This document shows positions 12,140 through 26,441 of a DNA stretch of 64,000 nt, piece after piece. A program made the position numbers and the translations under genes. This stretch comes from Calcarisporiella thermophila CBS 279.70. Taxonomy: Eukaryota; Fungi; Calcarisporiellomycota. Numbering within the stretch: the stretch's first letter is position 1; each line of letters opens with the position of its first letter. Below the pieces are notes generated by a model. That model made no database searches and was not told the DNA's origin. It saw only the letters and a program-made list of their open reading frames with translations. The stretch is taken from NCBI RefSeq assembly GCF_041956535.1, contig NW_027192194.1, positions 674,545 through 738,544 on the forward strand, in the 5' to 3' direction.

Positions 12140-12443
12140 GATGTTATTGTTTTGTAGAGGAGGAGAGAAAGAGGAGATTGATTAGATTTAAAAAAAGAAA
12201 AAGGGGGGAAGAGAGGGGAAATTATATCAAGTATTTTTGAAATAAAGAAGAGAGAAATGTTAGGTAGGAAGAAAAAAATATTTATAAACAATAGAAAACG
12301 AAAGAAGTTTGAAGAAAGCTCCAGAGATTGGTTTAAATTTTATCTCTGTTTCTCTACTCAAATTGGGCTTACTATTAAAATTCAGTCTTGAGAGTGAGAC
12401 TACTTACTCCATTTGGATGGTAAGAGTTTGGACGAAAAGGCTC

Positions 12444-12458
12444 GTTGCCGAACGTTCT
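12444..12458. promoter_or_regulatory. Putative heat shock element upstream of YDJ1
   Basis: gTTGc-cGAAc-gTTCt: three alternating nGAAn units with one mismatch, ~310 bp upstream of the YDJ1 ATG. Confidence 0.4.
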
Positions 12459-13756
12459 ACACTGTGTATACATCCTCCGAGCTGCTTCGCTCAACGAAGA
12501 ACCTCTTTAGTAATACAGTCATCTCTAATGGTTGGGATGTAGCACTATTAGGAGAGATTTTCCGCTAGCTCTATGACCTCATTCTATGATCTTCGCATAC
12601 TCCATCAAATTGACTCACCCATTGGCCGTGCAAGTTGTGCACGCAAGTAGACCACCGTGTCAACAGGAATCCGGGGTAGCCTGCTTGGCCCGCCCTTGCT
12701 CTTGCAGAATCTGTGGATCATATTTGAGTAGCTCAAAATTGCCTCATATTAATGAATCTTGTGTTCTGAGTAGTGGTATTCTTTTAAACCCAATGAATTT
12801 GATGTCGATCTTAGTAAAGTACTTACGGATTTTGCCACTCCACAATCATTACTCAAAGTTACTTCGATCATAAGGTACTTGCGAGCTTTGTGTAAATTTT
12901 CTGGGTCATGGTAATGCTTTCAAGTTCACAAAGGACCTGCATCTTTATGAGCGAATCTTCTTGGTTCTTTAACGTCATGCTCTAAATTGAAATTATCTCA
13001 AGCTATAATAACATTGTATAACCATGAGGTTTATTTGTGCGTCTTTTGGCCGATGTATTTTCGAAGATAGGGGATTCTAGCACTCCTTATTGCCTTTTTT
13101 CTTCGCACGGTTGAATATCCCTGCCCATCCTCTTCGATTATTGCGATCTTTTGAGAGTGCCTGACTAGAGGTTATTTTTTCTGGTTATCTAGAAGCACTA
13201 TCACTTATAGAAAGCATGGAGCAGTGCTGGATTTTCCTTTCTTTCTCAGCTCATGGCGCTTGCGTGGATGCCAGCATGTACCATATTGATAACACGGACA
13301 AATAATGCTATTCAAAGCTTCTTCAGTCAGGCACTTGGCATAGTTGTTGCCACTGATTGCATTGAGGCTGTCCATCCTCCAATCACTAAGCTCTTTGAGT
13401 TGAAATCTACTTGCCTTGGACAATTTCAAATTGAACTCTTCCATCAGCGTCAAGCCAAGGAAACAAAGAAATATGGCAACCTCTTCGTTTAATCATATGC
13501 TCGTGGTTTATTTCTCCGGTGGATCCAGGACGAGGGATCCTTGTGCCAAGATCTCAATCATATCGATTTGATTTTGACATCATACTCCTAGACCATACAC
13601 GCTTGCTTTTATGGCGCTCTCTAAAATAGAAATGTTCGAGAAGAATCCCGTTTTCCAATTGCATTCGACGAATATCAGTTGACGCCAATATAAAAACCCC
13701 ACGCTTTTCTATTTCTTTTTCTCCCACACGCCAATCCACTTCTCTACTGATTCATC

Positions 13757-15742
13757 ATGGAAAAAGGACAGCAACATCAACCAAAACACGATCAGCCTAC
13801 TGCAGGCACCGGCACAGGTAACTCAAACACCTCGAGTACGGGTGGCCTCAAGTCGAAAATCACACTTCCCCAGGTCAATCTCTCGAGGATTACGCATGAC
13901 TTCCGTGCTCAATTCCATAAGCTGGATACGCGGAATGTAGACACTCGTGATCTTCAGGTGTTTCTCAATGACGAGAAGAGCGTACTTGGGTCATTGCGGG
14001 ATCAAGTGTACCTAAATTGCGCTTTGAATTTCTAAAGTGTCCATTGATTTAACTCTTTCTTTTCACAGCTATGCCCATAGAAACGCGGCAAAGAATATTG
14101 TGGTATGGGGTCAGAAGGAGGGAGAGGATATTGCAGATGTAACTTCTAGGTTGGGGCAGGTAATGTTAGAGATTTGAAATTTAACACTCGAAACTTCTCA
14201 AAAATCTCATTGGAGTTTTCTTCCAATAGCTAATGGATATGATGGCTGATGTACAAGAAAAGTATTCAAGTAAGTATATACTTGCTTGTCTTTGATGACT
14301 TCTTCAAGTAACATAGAATTCCCGTTTTGATAGAGAATTATGAGCTTTACCGTTCTTCTCTCAAAGCTATCCGTACGCGAGAAAATGCGCTCGGAGAACA
14401 TCGCGAAAAAGTGCGCAAAATTCGCAGCCAAATTGCAAGCCTTAAGAAATCCAATCCATCTTCGCACAAGCTCCCGGATCTTGAGGATGACCTGCGCGTG
14501 TTGGAGTCAGACAAGGAGCACGCAAATAAAGAGCGAGGTACGTGATTATGTTGATGTAACTACTTGCCTAGTGTGTCTCATTCGTTTTCGTTTTTAGAGC
14601 TCGCTGCTTTCAAACGCTATGCCCTGCGTGAAGCCTGTTATCTCCATTTTCTAGCCACTTATGAATATGCTGAGAAGATTTCGATGGTCTCTGGCTTCGC
14701 GCGACAGCTGGGCGATGTCCTCGTTACTGATCCTGCTCCGGAGGGAGCATCGCACCCTCCTTACATCGGAGCGGAGAAGACGAGTCAAATCGTTACGGAT
14801 TGTAAAGCTGCACTCGACAGTTGGCAACCGCCAGAATGGAAACAAGAGGGCGGAGGTGGCGTACCATCCTCTGAATTCCACCAACAACTGCAAGAATCGC
14901 CTGCGACTCCGACTGAGGAAATCGGGCGGCTCCAGTTAGGTGGGGAGCATGGGTATCCCGCCGATCAGAAGGTACCTCATGATCAACCACCTCAGCAACA
15001 ACAGCCATCCTCACAAGCGCCTCCACCGCCACTGCCTTACCGTCCACAAGGGTCCTCTTTCGTCAGTATTGGACCGGATGGGAAGCTTCAACCAAGTCAG
15101 CCTGAACACCCACAACCTCCACAGCAAACACAACCTCCACAGCAAACACAACCTCCACAACAACCACAGCAACCACAGCAACCTCAGCAACCTCAGCAAC
15201 CTCAGCAACCTCAACTGCCTCAGCAACCTCAGAACTATGGCTCTAGCAACAGCAGTGGAAGAGTACAAGGACCGCAGTATCTATATAAAACACCAGAAGA
15301 ATATTTCCAAGGTCAGTATCCTCCACCAGAGGATTATAGTGGCGATGCGCAATACCAAGAGCCTCCGCCCCACGGTTACCATGATGCGGCCGCCGGACAA
15401 TTCCATTCGCAACCTCCCTACGATCATCAACCATACCAGTACTCACAGCAACACCCGCATGCATATCAGCACCAAAGCGCCCAACCCCCTCCCTATGAGC
15501 ATGCCAGTGGTCCTGGAGGTTTTCGAGTACCACCACCTCTTTCCGCAGAGGAAGAGAAACGGCGATTGGCGCAGCAAGAAGAGGAAGAATTGCGCCGCGC
15601 CCGTGCTGGAAAGCAGCCGCAACGTCAGCCAACAGACCCCTTTGCGGATCCAGCAGAAGGCTCCGCAGAGCAAGGACAAGTGCCAAGCGAAGGCCAGACT
15701 TTTGAAAATTCCCATCACAAACCTGAGGAACGGAAGCTGTGA
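13757..15742 (+). CDS. Eisosome Pil1/Lsp1-family BAR protein with long P/Q/Y-rich tail, multi-exon
   Basis: Spliced WGQKEGEDIADVTSRLG...YRSSLKAIRTRE...KLPDLEDDL...FKRYALREA...EYAEK...PPYIGAEKTSQIVTDCKAALDSWQP matches the Pil1 domain pattern. Confidence 0.88.
15110..15232 (+). repeat. Coding tandem repeat (CAACCTCAG/CAACCACAG)n encoding PQQ
   Basis: 9-bp and 18-bp units directly visible. Confidence 0.9.
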
Positions 15743-16149
15743 AAGGGGCAGAGGAAAAGAAGGGCTAATATCCCGCATTCATCTTTTTACTTATCAGAAA
15801 CAAGCTTATCGATAAATATTCATAATTTCTTGCTTACTATTTCTTGTTATCTGGAATATATTTTTTCTTTTCTCAACGACATTGAAGAATGTAACCCTAT
15901 TTTGGACTGTTCAGGAACGGCTCCTCGTTGAGTCTTCTCTCTTTTATTGATTTAGCAAATCGATAAAAAAAAGAGAAAAAAGAAAAGCAGACCTAGATTG
16001 ATAGGAGGGTGAGAAAGAAATTAAGAGTAAATAAGCAGAATTCTACGCTTATTTGCATGAAGGTGGGAAAACGCATTTACCAATGGCGAAAAAAAAAAAG
16101 CAAAATTAAATAGAGGAAATAGATAATAAATTATATTGGAATAAATAGA

Positions 16150-17157
16150 CTAGTAGAGGAACATAAGGCCTGCGAGCACGGCGGCAAAGACGGATGTCAC
16201 TGCCGAAGCCGAGACTACGGAAGCAGCCCCAACCAAGCCCATTGCGCTACCTGCGGTCTGGTAAGGTTGCTTAACGAGCTGAGTGTAGCCGTTGGAGTCG
16301 ATGACAGTTTGGACGACCACATCCGCAGGGAGTTCTCCTTGGTCGGGGAAAGGCACTTGTTGCGGCGCATCCGCCTGGGCGGGTTCAGGGACGTTGGCGG
16401 TGGCGGTCACCTGGACAACATGCTGGGTAACGGTCTGGACATTCACTTGGGGCTTCTGCTGCACAGGAACGACTACCGTCGTAGTGGGGGTAGCAGCAGT
16501 CGTGGTAGTGGGGGAGACAACCGAGGAGGAGGAGGAGGAGGAAGCGGCGGAAGAGGAAGACGAAGACGAAGACGAAGACGAAGAGGAGGCGGAAGAAGAG
16601 GAGCGAGCAGGAATAGAGGTCAAGCCAACAGAGGGAATTTGGGTGCCCGAAGCTGAAGCGGTTGCGTTCAAGAGGAGGGAGGTGGCATTCACGAGCGCAC
16701 TGGGCTCTGGGTTCTCAAGGCCGAGGCCGAGGCCATTTTTCTTTCCCTTTCCTTTCCCCTTTCCTTTCCCCTTCCCTTTTCCTTTGCCTTTACCCTTCTT
16801 CTCGTTCTTTGCGTTCGGGTTGGGTACAGGCTTAGGGATGGGGATGACTTCAGGCAACTCAATCTCCTTCTCCTTCTCCTTCTCTACCTCCTTTTTCTCC
16901 TCCACGGGGGTCTCGTCGTTAACTTTAGGGACATTATCGCCCGCGTTTTCAGGCTTCGGGTTAACGTCTACAACATCAGCGCGCTTTGCAAAGGAGACTC
17001 CAACTATCATTCATTAGTAATAGGGTAAGTGATAAGCCCATCTTGCCACGGATGGAAAAGATGATAATATACCCAGCGCTTCATTTGAAGCGGGAGCCTC
17101 AGCGGATGCGAGCGTGGCGACGGCAAGCGAGGCAAGAAGGAAGAATTTCAAATTCAT
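16150..17157 (-). CDS. Secreted, probably GPI-anchored low-complexity cell-surface protein, 2 exons
   Basis: Signal peptide MNLKFFLLASLAVATLASA; intron gtatat...atag; (KG)n tract; poly-S/T; small-residue omega region GSA followed by a hydrophobic C-terminus VFAAVLAGLMFLY. Confidence 0.85.
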
Positions 17158-18170
17158 TGTTCCACAAGAATAAAGGGAATGAGCAGAAGGAACGAGTAGG
17201 GAGACGGATGGAAGTAAGAATGATGTTAAGGGAGAAGGATTACGCGAGGTTATAAGAGCGAGGATAAAGGAGTGCAAAAAAAAAAAATGTTCTGACGAGT
17301 GAGTAAGAAAGGAAAAAGAGAGTTGAGTAAGAACTCGAGCTAATATGGCAAAGCCAGAGTGATACGCAATTACAGAACAAAATGTCGTACAAGATAACCT
17401 TAACGCGGCGAGCGCATTTACTCCATAGGCCACGTGTAACCTCCACTCTTAGTTGGTCTAAGCCGCGTTCGCAAACTCTATATTGGCATCATCAATCCTG
17501 TAAACAAGCCGGCAGGGAACTTGCGCCGGAGGTAATTAGGCCGTCATCCCCTCGAATGGCAGCTGGGATCGCATCGTTTCCAGTGTACATCCTATGTGTA
17601 GCCCAGCAACGTGGTGATATTGTGCGCGCAGGGTAGATTTCGGCCCGGGCGCATGCTCTCACCTTGGTATACAACTTCCTGAGAAGGTGGTCTGAGGGTG
17701 CTCGGCCCAAAGGCCAATTCATCTCCTTGATCAAATAGAGGACCTGTAAGCTTAGTGGCTCCACCCAGCAAATCCCCAATAAAGCCGCCCAGAAGCCGGC
17801 CCAGCTAGCTTGTTTACAGTTTTGTGGGAGTTGCTATACACTGGCCAGTTGGCTTCTAGTGAGCTCCTTAAACCTCCGTATTTGAATCGGGCGTCATTGT
17901 AGAATATGAGTGGAAACATCCACCTCGACCTGAATTATATTATAAATATTAATAGCGAAACTTACCATACAGCAATTACATATGAAGAACACAAACAGTG
18001 GAAAAGTGATGAACGAACAGTGAGAAAGAAGGTAAAAAAAGTCAAAGACAATACAGGAGCAAATAAGATTACCATAAACAAATCTAAAAAAAAACAAACA
18101 AGAGCACTTCAAGAAAGAGATTGTTCACATCTCAAAAGAACCAAATGCAATTATGATAAGCTGTATTATA

Positions 18171-21100
18171 TTAAATATAAGCATCATTTCTTGCGCGCAC
18201 GGGTCCTCCTCCTCCTCCTCCACCATCACGCTGTGATCGATCATCCACCGACATATCCTCATTAGTGAAGTCACCTTCCGTGCGCTTCCGAATGGCTGTC
18301 CCAGAATCGGCGGGCGAGGTCGATCTTACGCTGTTCTCTTCTTTCTGCTGTTGCTGGGCTTGTGTAGAAGCAAACAGTTCATCCACATGCTGGATTATAT
18401 ACTCGACGGCCTTATTCTTGCGGTTAATATCTGCAAGGTCACGTGCCGACTCAGAATCCCACATAAGGGTGGGGCCAAACACAACCGATAGATTCTTGGG
18501 CGACATGAGGTTGATTTCGCTGAGCTTTTGGACTCGATCCAGATGGAGCATGAGGTAGCGGAAAGTCTTGTAATTTACAGGAGGTAGCTGCTGGATGAGG
18601 TTACGGAAGGTCTCGAGCTGCTTCTCCTCGTCTTCTATACCTATTTCAAAAAAAAAGGCAACGGTGTTCAATGTGTTGTAGAGAGACATGGATAAGTGAG
18701 CAGCTTACGGGTTGCGTCGATGAACTGCGTGTAGAGCTCAAAGGTAAGCAAAGGCTGAGGTAGCATTCGTAGGAAGGTTTTCAGCACGCTGGCAACCACA
18801 CACACATCCAAATTCGGGTCGTTGAGATCTGGGTCTTCACCGTTGTCGAATGCAAGCTGCATGCTTTTCACAGAGGACGATCCGCCTGATTTTCGGTATA
18901 TACCCTCGAAATCCATGCCTCGCCGCTCCACCGCTTCTATGCACCGACGCAACACTAGTGGGACATCTTCAGTGCCAGATCCCACGAGCAATGTCAGCTC
19001 ACAACCGAAAACTAGTACACCAGAGGGATAAGAACAAGAGCCTTGATTCATTGCAAGTTTGAGACACAAACCTCCACTCTTCGCAGATTCCAGTTCCTTT
19101 GCTGAATTTTTACTAACCACACAGGTCGTGGGCGCTCTACGCACACATTTGGCGTGGACGGGCATTCCGCAAACTAAATGGAATAAAGGGATTTAGCCAT
19201 CACGCATGCTTTCACGACGAAATTCTAGTACGAACCTGCGCATCGATACTCTGCCAAGCCCCAGAGTTTGTCTCCACAAACTTCACATTTTACCCTTCTC
19301 AAGAAGGAAGTGGGATTAAATTGGTGCTGACCATGATCGACAGCACGATCTCTTTGCGGGGGCTTCTCCTGGTACGAGGGCTGGTGAACCTGTTCCTGAA
19401 GGGGGGGCAGGTACTGAAGTTGCTGCGGCTGTGGCTGTAAGAGCGGCTTAGTCATTCCTTTCATTGCATCTCGAGCTATTGTGGAGAGAGCATTGAGTTA
19501 TAATACAAGAGCAATAGAGTAGCAAGCACGCGTGTTTACCTTTCTTCCACTTGAATTTGGCTTGGCTAATGCTATTAAATCGTTGTAGTGTTCCCACTCT
19601 TTGGAACTGTTCGTTCGATTTACGGCCATAAAACGTGCTTTGATCTGTAGGAGAAGAATGGAAAATTTCAGTAAGCTCATCGAGGAGAAATTCTGCATCC
19701 TTCTTTACGCACTTGAACTTATTGAGCTTTGTGAGTCTAATCTTTCGTACAAATCTCTATTTAGCTGGAGAATATCCTCGTTCTTTTGCCGTAGCACCAA
19801 GATTTCATGATCAAGCTCATCCCGCGTTTTCCGGCGCCACTCGATCTCTTGAAGTATTGTATCACGTTCTGCCATCAGAGTCCGCAGCTCCGAGAGGTAG
19901 AACGCTTTGAGCTGGTCCTGTGCAGAGTCTGAAAACTCGGAGTCACGACCAGTCAGCAGCTCCTGGAGCTCCCTAGATATCGCGTCACGTTGTCGCCGCA
20001 AATTCTCCACAGATGAAGAAATTTTCGTGTGTTCTGCGCGCATGTGCTCCACCTCCATCCGCACGCCATCATATCCATACTCGTCCCTTTCGAGCTGGAT
20101 TGCCTGGAGTTCGGATTTAAGGCGCAGCACCATTTGCTCTGCTTGCTGGCGAAGGGCAACTTCATTGGAAAACTCGTTCTTGACGCATTCAAACTCCTCC
20201 ACAGCCTTACGACCCACGGCCTGATTTCATGGATAGAAAGGGCGACATGTACTTGAGAGGTCAAAAACAAAAACAGAATCAAATAAAAACACTTATAAAT
20301 ATTACCTTGATCTTTTCGAAATTCGTTTCGGCCTCGTTCAATTTGTTTCGAAGAGATATGATCTCGTGTTTCAACTGCGGAATGTCGTCGGGGAGTGCGG
20401 AAGCATCCACGGGACCCGGGGTGTTAGGCGTGGATAGAACGGAGTCATCTTGATAGAGGGGGGGAGCACGAATTTCCGTGGTGCTCTTGTTAAGTGAAAA
20501 CCCGATCATGCTCATTGAGAACCTCTTTGGAGAGGCCGTGGGCGGCTGTACATTGGATAGCGAGCTATGAGAGGAGATGGAAGACCGCCACCCGGCAATT
20601 CGGTCACTTCCCGTCGGACTATTGGGCACAGGCGTATTGACATTGAAAGAGGCACCGGGGAATCCAGCGCCAATATATCTACTTCGACGTTTGTCAGCGC
20701 GTGCTGAATCGGCCGTATTTTCGCCGTAGTCGAAGGAGAGGTCGAGCAGACGACTTAGGCGGTCGAAGGTGTTGATGCTTTCGTCGAATGAGAAGAACAT
20801 GGACGTTTTGGGGGTGCGTGTTCCCTGGGGCAGATCAATGTAGCGGGAAACAAAATTGGAGGTGGTCGAGCTAATTGTTAATTGACGTCTCTCCTTGGAC
20901 GCTACACCAGCCGCGGTAGCAGCAACTGAAGTCCCATCGGAGGACGGCTTGGGACTCTTTGGCAGTGATGCGAATTTTGTGTGTTTAGTAATGTTGTGGT
21001 TACCATCCTCTGACTGATATCCAGGGCTATCATTCTGGTCCGATTCATTTGCATGAGAAGATTCGTAGCGGTCTCCAGACAATATGGGGGAGTTTTCATC

Positions 21101-22258
21101 GGATGTAGATGGGACCATTCCCATATGATAATCTCTGCGCGTCTGTGGACGCTGTGTAAGAAATTCAGAGATTTTTTTGGAAGAGGGCACCGCCCGTGTA
21201 TCTCCATAGCGCGACCGCCCACTTGTTGAACGTTTCAAGTCAAAGTCGTCCAGCTGGTGCATATTACTCAGTTGCGTTTCGGATAGAATAGCGGATTTGC
21301 GCTTGCTTTTAGGTGATTGTAAGGCAGAATTCGGGCTCCCAACCGGTGAGCGTATCGGAGAGCGTAACGGTGAGGAAGAGGGGGAGCCCAGGATGTTAGC
21401 CCATGGGATACTCTCTCGGATCTTGGTAGAGTGTGGTGAAGGGCTAGGTGAGGGAATATGCCCGGATTTACTCAAAGGTAAATTTGTCAGCTCCTTTTCC
21501 CGTCGTTTGTGTAGCGGTTTTGTCTTTTCCGTCATCCTCTCTTTTTCTTCTGCTCTTCTTAGTTTCTCCTCCTTCTTTTTTGCGTAGCAGACAGTGCAAT
21601 AAATGCCCTATGTATTTTGAAAGAAAAAAAAAAATAGAATTAGGATTCAACCATATGCGAGGAGTAGCATTACTAACAACCGACCTTTGAGGTTTGTGTA
21701 AAAACCAGGTCTTCGATCTGATTTTCGCATACAATGCATCGAAAGCAGTCGGCATGGTAAGCATCCTCGCCGGTCATAATAGCAGCATCTTGTATTGATT
21801 TGCCGCAACTTCGGCAATTGTACGAGCAGTTCTCACATATTGGCGAGCCGTTGGAGAGCAGTAGGAGATTGGAGTCACATTCGACAATTTGTCTGCATTT
21901 CGCACAACGAAAGCTAACAAACACCATTCCACGGTTTAATAGAAACCCCAAAATGTATTAGCATTTTGTATTCTTGGTTGAAGGCTTACCAGTCGATGTG
22001 CCAGATGCCGTCTCCAAATGATACCACCGATCCTTCTTCAATAAGCTCGCCACATCCCCTGCACTGGGCGTCCTGCTCCTCCTCGATTGGCGTGTCTTTG
22101 GCCTCCAGACTAAAAATTGGACTTCAGATTTTGGTTGATGAAAATGAATAGCAGGCAAAATGGCACAAAAACAGGCGACGAAACCAAGATCAAAAAGGAA
22201 AACATAAATGAGACATGGATGTAGCCACAAACCTTTCCAAGATCACGCTCTCTCGCAT
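18171..22258 (-). CDS. Rga1/Rga2-like Rho GTPase-activating protein (2 LIM + coiled coil + C1 + RhoGAP), multi-exon
   Basis: CRGCGELIEEGSVVSFGDGIWHIDCFRCAKC (LIM1); CRSCGKSI...YHADCFRC (LIM2); HQF...KCEVCGDKLWG (C1); RGMDFEGIYRKSG and NLMSPKNLSVVFGPTL (RhoGAP). Confidence 0.93.
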
Positions 22259-22652
22259 CCTATATGATTGTGTGAGCGTTATATTGCGTTGATGATGGTG
22301 AAGAGAAAAGCGGCTGCAAAAAAGCTAGGATCTCGAGTTGAACAGTATTTTCCGAGCAATTTTTTGGATGAGCAAGGGACGCACAAAGTTGTGGATTGGC
22401 CACGGATCGAATGCTCTTTTGGTCGAGTTTAGGGAAATCGTTCAGGGCTAGTACCCTAGAAGCCTGTCATTGGCTTGCCAGCGAGTGTTTTAATGCCTTA
22501 ATTAAAGTATATAAATTAAGTGTGCAAAGTATAAGACCGGGGTTTAAGACGCGTTGATGAAAATAATAAATCTTTATTTAAAACAATTAAAGAAAGCTAG
22601 AATTTCCCGTTTTTTATTTTATTTTCTTCTCTATCATTCACGGGCAGCCGCA

Positions 22653-25600
22653 TCAATTCATGAAAACATCCAACCGATTCAACCGGGCGTACATGTCCGC
22701 GGGCATTCTGAATTGTATCATTCCTGCAAAAATCATTAGGGCACGCGCCTTGCGTCTCAGCAGATTCATTTTCTAATAGCCGTAGGTTAGGTTCGCTATG
22801 CTTATAAAAAATAGCCGACTCTCTCTTAAACTTACCAGCTGCCTTTCTGAGTCCCCATACGGGGATTCCTTCAACGCAGTGTATAATTTGTACAGGATCG
22901 TCATTGTCATTAAAAGCAGTTGCGAGAAATTTCGCGCAATGGTCTCGTCCAAGTCCCGAAGATCATCGGCTTTGCGAGTGATAAGAGCCATATCCGATTC
23001 AAGCGGTATTAAATTCAATTGTTCCATAAGCTATAATAATTAAAAAAAAAAATAAAGCAGAATTTAGTATTCGCCTGTGCAGCAATTTTTTTTTGATAAA
23101 AATAAAAAGATTGTATTGACCTGGAGCGCTTGCTCAAATTGCCCCTCATCATATAGGCTAGTGAATTGCAATAGCTGTAGCAATAGGCTACAAGTTGTCT
23201 TGCTTCGTTCCGAGATACGTGCTGAGATGTAGGGGTACTGCATATAGTAGGTCATGACATTCTCCGCAAGTGACTTTATATCTTCACCGCCTCCAAACGC
23301 GCCGGTTGGTGGAGCAAGCTCTGTGGATTGTGCTTGGTGATGTAGGGGTAAAGTGAGTGCTTCTCCAAGTTGTTCATTGAGAATCTGGACAACTGTGTCG
23401 TATTCCTGTAACGGAAAAAGTTGTTATAGATTATGTCCCAATTCTTATGATAAACAAAACTTTTTAGCCCTACCTCGGCGAGATTGTATAAGTGTACAGC
23501 ATCAAAATAACGCCCATCAGTATGACTCTTCCGCGCAGCTTGCATGGTGATATTTTGCACAAACTCTCGTTCGTTGCTGAGGAACATCAGCTTCATGTAT
23601 TGCTCGATAGACCCTGGCACTCGTGTGCCATCGCGACGCGCTTCTCCTAAGAGGCCACTATAATCTCGTGTTTCAAGGGCGAGATCCCGTACATAGGCGT
23701 GGCAGAGTCGGACCAAGTGTAGGCCTTCCTCTGTATCTTTGCCGTAAAGACATAGCAGGTAGAGATACTGAAGTGCATCCTGAGGCTCAGACCGGGCAAA
23801 CATGCGTGTATACTGGTAGACAAGGCGAGCAAAATCGAAGCGAGGTACCTCGTTGCCGCTCTCGTCAGTGGTAATGGTAACTAAATAACCATGAACTATT
23901 AGTTTCAGAGAATAATTAATACGATTTTCAGTCGAGAATTACCATAATTCACATCTGCTACATGCGGATTTTCCGGGATTCTAAGCAGACCGTAGTAGGC
24001 CAGCGCAATAGCAAAGTGAACAGCGTCAACTTGGTACTGGTCAGTTTGCACGAGATAGTCAATAGCCTAAGGAAAAGAATGTAAGAATAGGCCAGGATGT
24101 AGCAACTCAAACCAAATCTAAAATCTACCCTCTCAAACTGTCCACTGAGTAGTAGCACCTGGAAGTATGACACGGGATTATTGCCCTTAGGGTTGAAGTG
24201 GGCAGGTCCATATTTCAACACGATATTCTGCAGATCGAAGAGAGTATAGCGATCCTGTGGCGATTCTTGAACATTTGTGCTCTCGCGCACTAGGGCAAAC
24301 TAAGGTAACTCATGAGGGTTAATAGCCTAGCAATTAATAATATGCAATGATTGCAATGTTAACCTGTAACCAAAGATAATCTTCTAGTGTCTGAATTGCA
24401 TCGGCAAGTGTTTTCTTTGACAGTTCGCAACGGCCCAAAATCTTGTATACGGCCAGGCGATACGGGTCAACTGGGCCACTTGAATAATGAACGAGCTGAT
24501 TGTATTCGGAAAGTAAACGGTTTTGAATATTCTTAGGTAACCTAATTAAAAAAAAGAAAAAAAAAACTTAGCAAAGAAAGTGTAAGAGTAAACAGCTTTA
24601 GAAATATAAACCTTCTGTCCTCGCTATCCATGTAAGCCTTAAAGTAAGCTAAGAAGGAACTTTCAATTTTTTGAAGGACGTTTTCATGTTCAATTGCAAA
24701 CTGAAGTGCTTCTCGCTCGTGACCACATCGCATCAAATAGAAAATTTGCGCCCATATTGCTGTATCGTTGTTGACGATCTGTTAAAAAATTGATATATTA
24801 ATCTGCCAATTATTTAAGGGCTAGCTTTTTATATTGACCTGTAGCTTTTTGTTTGTCCACATTCCATGTTTCTTATACCTAATATTGATATATCCCTGGA
24901 TTTTGTTGCGGACTGATGGCACACCGCCAATTTTAGCTTCATGCGGATTTTGGGCAATGGTTTTTTCAACGAACCCAAGAAATCTAGTATATTAACACTA
25001 TGAGATCCTCAAATAACCTATGTTTGCGCGAGCATCCACTTACTGTTCTTCTAAAAATCTTTTAGCACCTCGGACAAGTTTTTGTCTTAGCTCGACTCCT
25101 TGAGGGCTATTATAGGGCGAATAGAGGTATGCGCGCGCATACTGTCTTGCCTTGAGCGGTTGTCGTTGAAATTCTCCATTCAGTACATATTCCTCTCCAA
25201 TAAGCGTAGCTAACAATCGACCACATTCTGCAATACTATGCAGCTTCTATATAGTATTTCATTGTCAGTTAAAAGTCAATGGCTGTCTAAGCTTGGAAAC
25301 ATACAGCGTCTTGCAAGAGTGAAAGGGCAACATCCCGGAAAACATGGACCACTCCGAAATCTTTTCCTTGCAGACGGTGGTCATTCAGTGCCCGTACCGC
25401 CTTGGCATAACGCATCATACGAGTATGCATTTGCAATGTAGGGGTAGGTAATGAACTCACTGCAGATTCATCGCGCATCACACTCGTACTCAGAGATTTC
25501 TATACGAAAATGATATTGGAGAAACGCAAGCACGAAATTTAAAAATTAAGCACTTACTGTTGGCGAGAATGGTGTGCTCACTGATGCGCGGAAACCGCTA

Positions 25601-26218
25601 GCACCCATCGAGCTACGTAGTAGAGAGCTTGTCCCATCCAATTTTCCACCAGCAGTGCTACTTCGTCCTTGATGCTGTCCAAGCTCTTCAAAAATCTTCT
25701 TTTTGAACCTTTCCCAGTCTAGATGAAGGGAACGCTCAAGACATTCATCAAAATCTCCTAGTGTCTAAACGCAAAGACAAAAAGGTGAATTACAAAGCAA
25801 AAAGAAAGAGGAGAAAATCTAAACCTTTCGGCGGCCTTCCTCAATTGCGTTTATGATGATCTGCTCGTGTTCATGCCGAAGATAACCCTATCCAAAGATA
25901 AAATATTCTCCATAAGCCATGTTTTCGCCAATTCGAAGCCCAATTATTTTCAACCTCTACGTCGGTATCGTGCAAAGGTTGCACAGGCTCTAAGACCTGA
26001 ACTTGCTGTAATGGCTCGATCAGAGATCGCAAGGGTGATGAAATAGGCCCACGTATGCCATCCTCACGCGTTGTTGCCTTTGCTGCGAGTTTGCGCGATT
26101 GATTCTCGAGCGTCTCAAGGCTTCGTTCGATCTGCGGGAGATCGGGACTGATAATGTGAGTTGTGAGTCTTTTAGACTGCTCAAGAAGCTCCTTGAGTGA
26201 TGGTGCGGACGACGCCAT
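22653..26218 (-). CDS. NIC96: Nucleoporin Nic96/Nup93, many exons
   Basis: N-terminus LKELLEQSKRL...DLPQIERSL; AKIGGVPS; IFYLMRCG; YFQVLLLSGQFERA; DAVHFAIALAYYGLL; C-terminus FAGMIQFRMPADMYARLNRLDV. Confidence 0.95.
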
Positions 26219-26441
26219 CGCAATTTTTTGATTTGGCAAGCAATGCGCGTACTTTTCAATATTTCACTCTACTTACACCTGAATTGTTTATGAGGCGCAA
26301 GAAAGCAACGTCACGCACAAATTTTAGAAGTTACACTTTTTATTCTATTGAATTTATTTGAAAATTCCATGATTATTCCGTTCAAAGATAACATGAAAGG
26401 AATCTATAAGCTAAATCTTAAGAAGCTGTGCCAACTCCAGT

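Noticed and set aside
14940-15815. 291-aa H/N/S-rich overlapping ORF (and antisense ORFs at 16267-17017)
   Set aside because: Alternative frames of low-complexity repeats within real genes.
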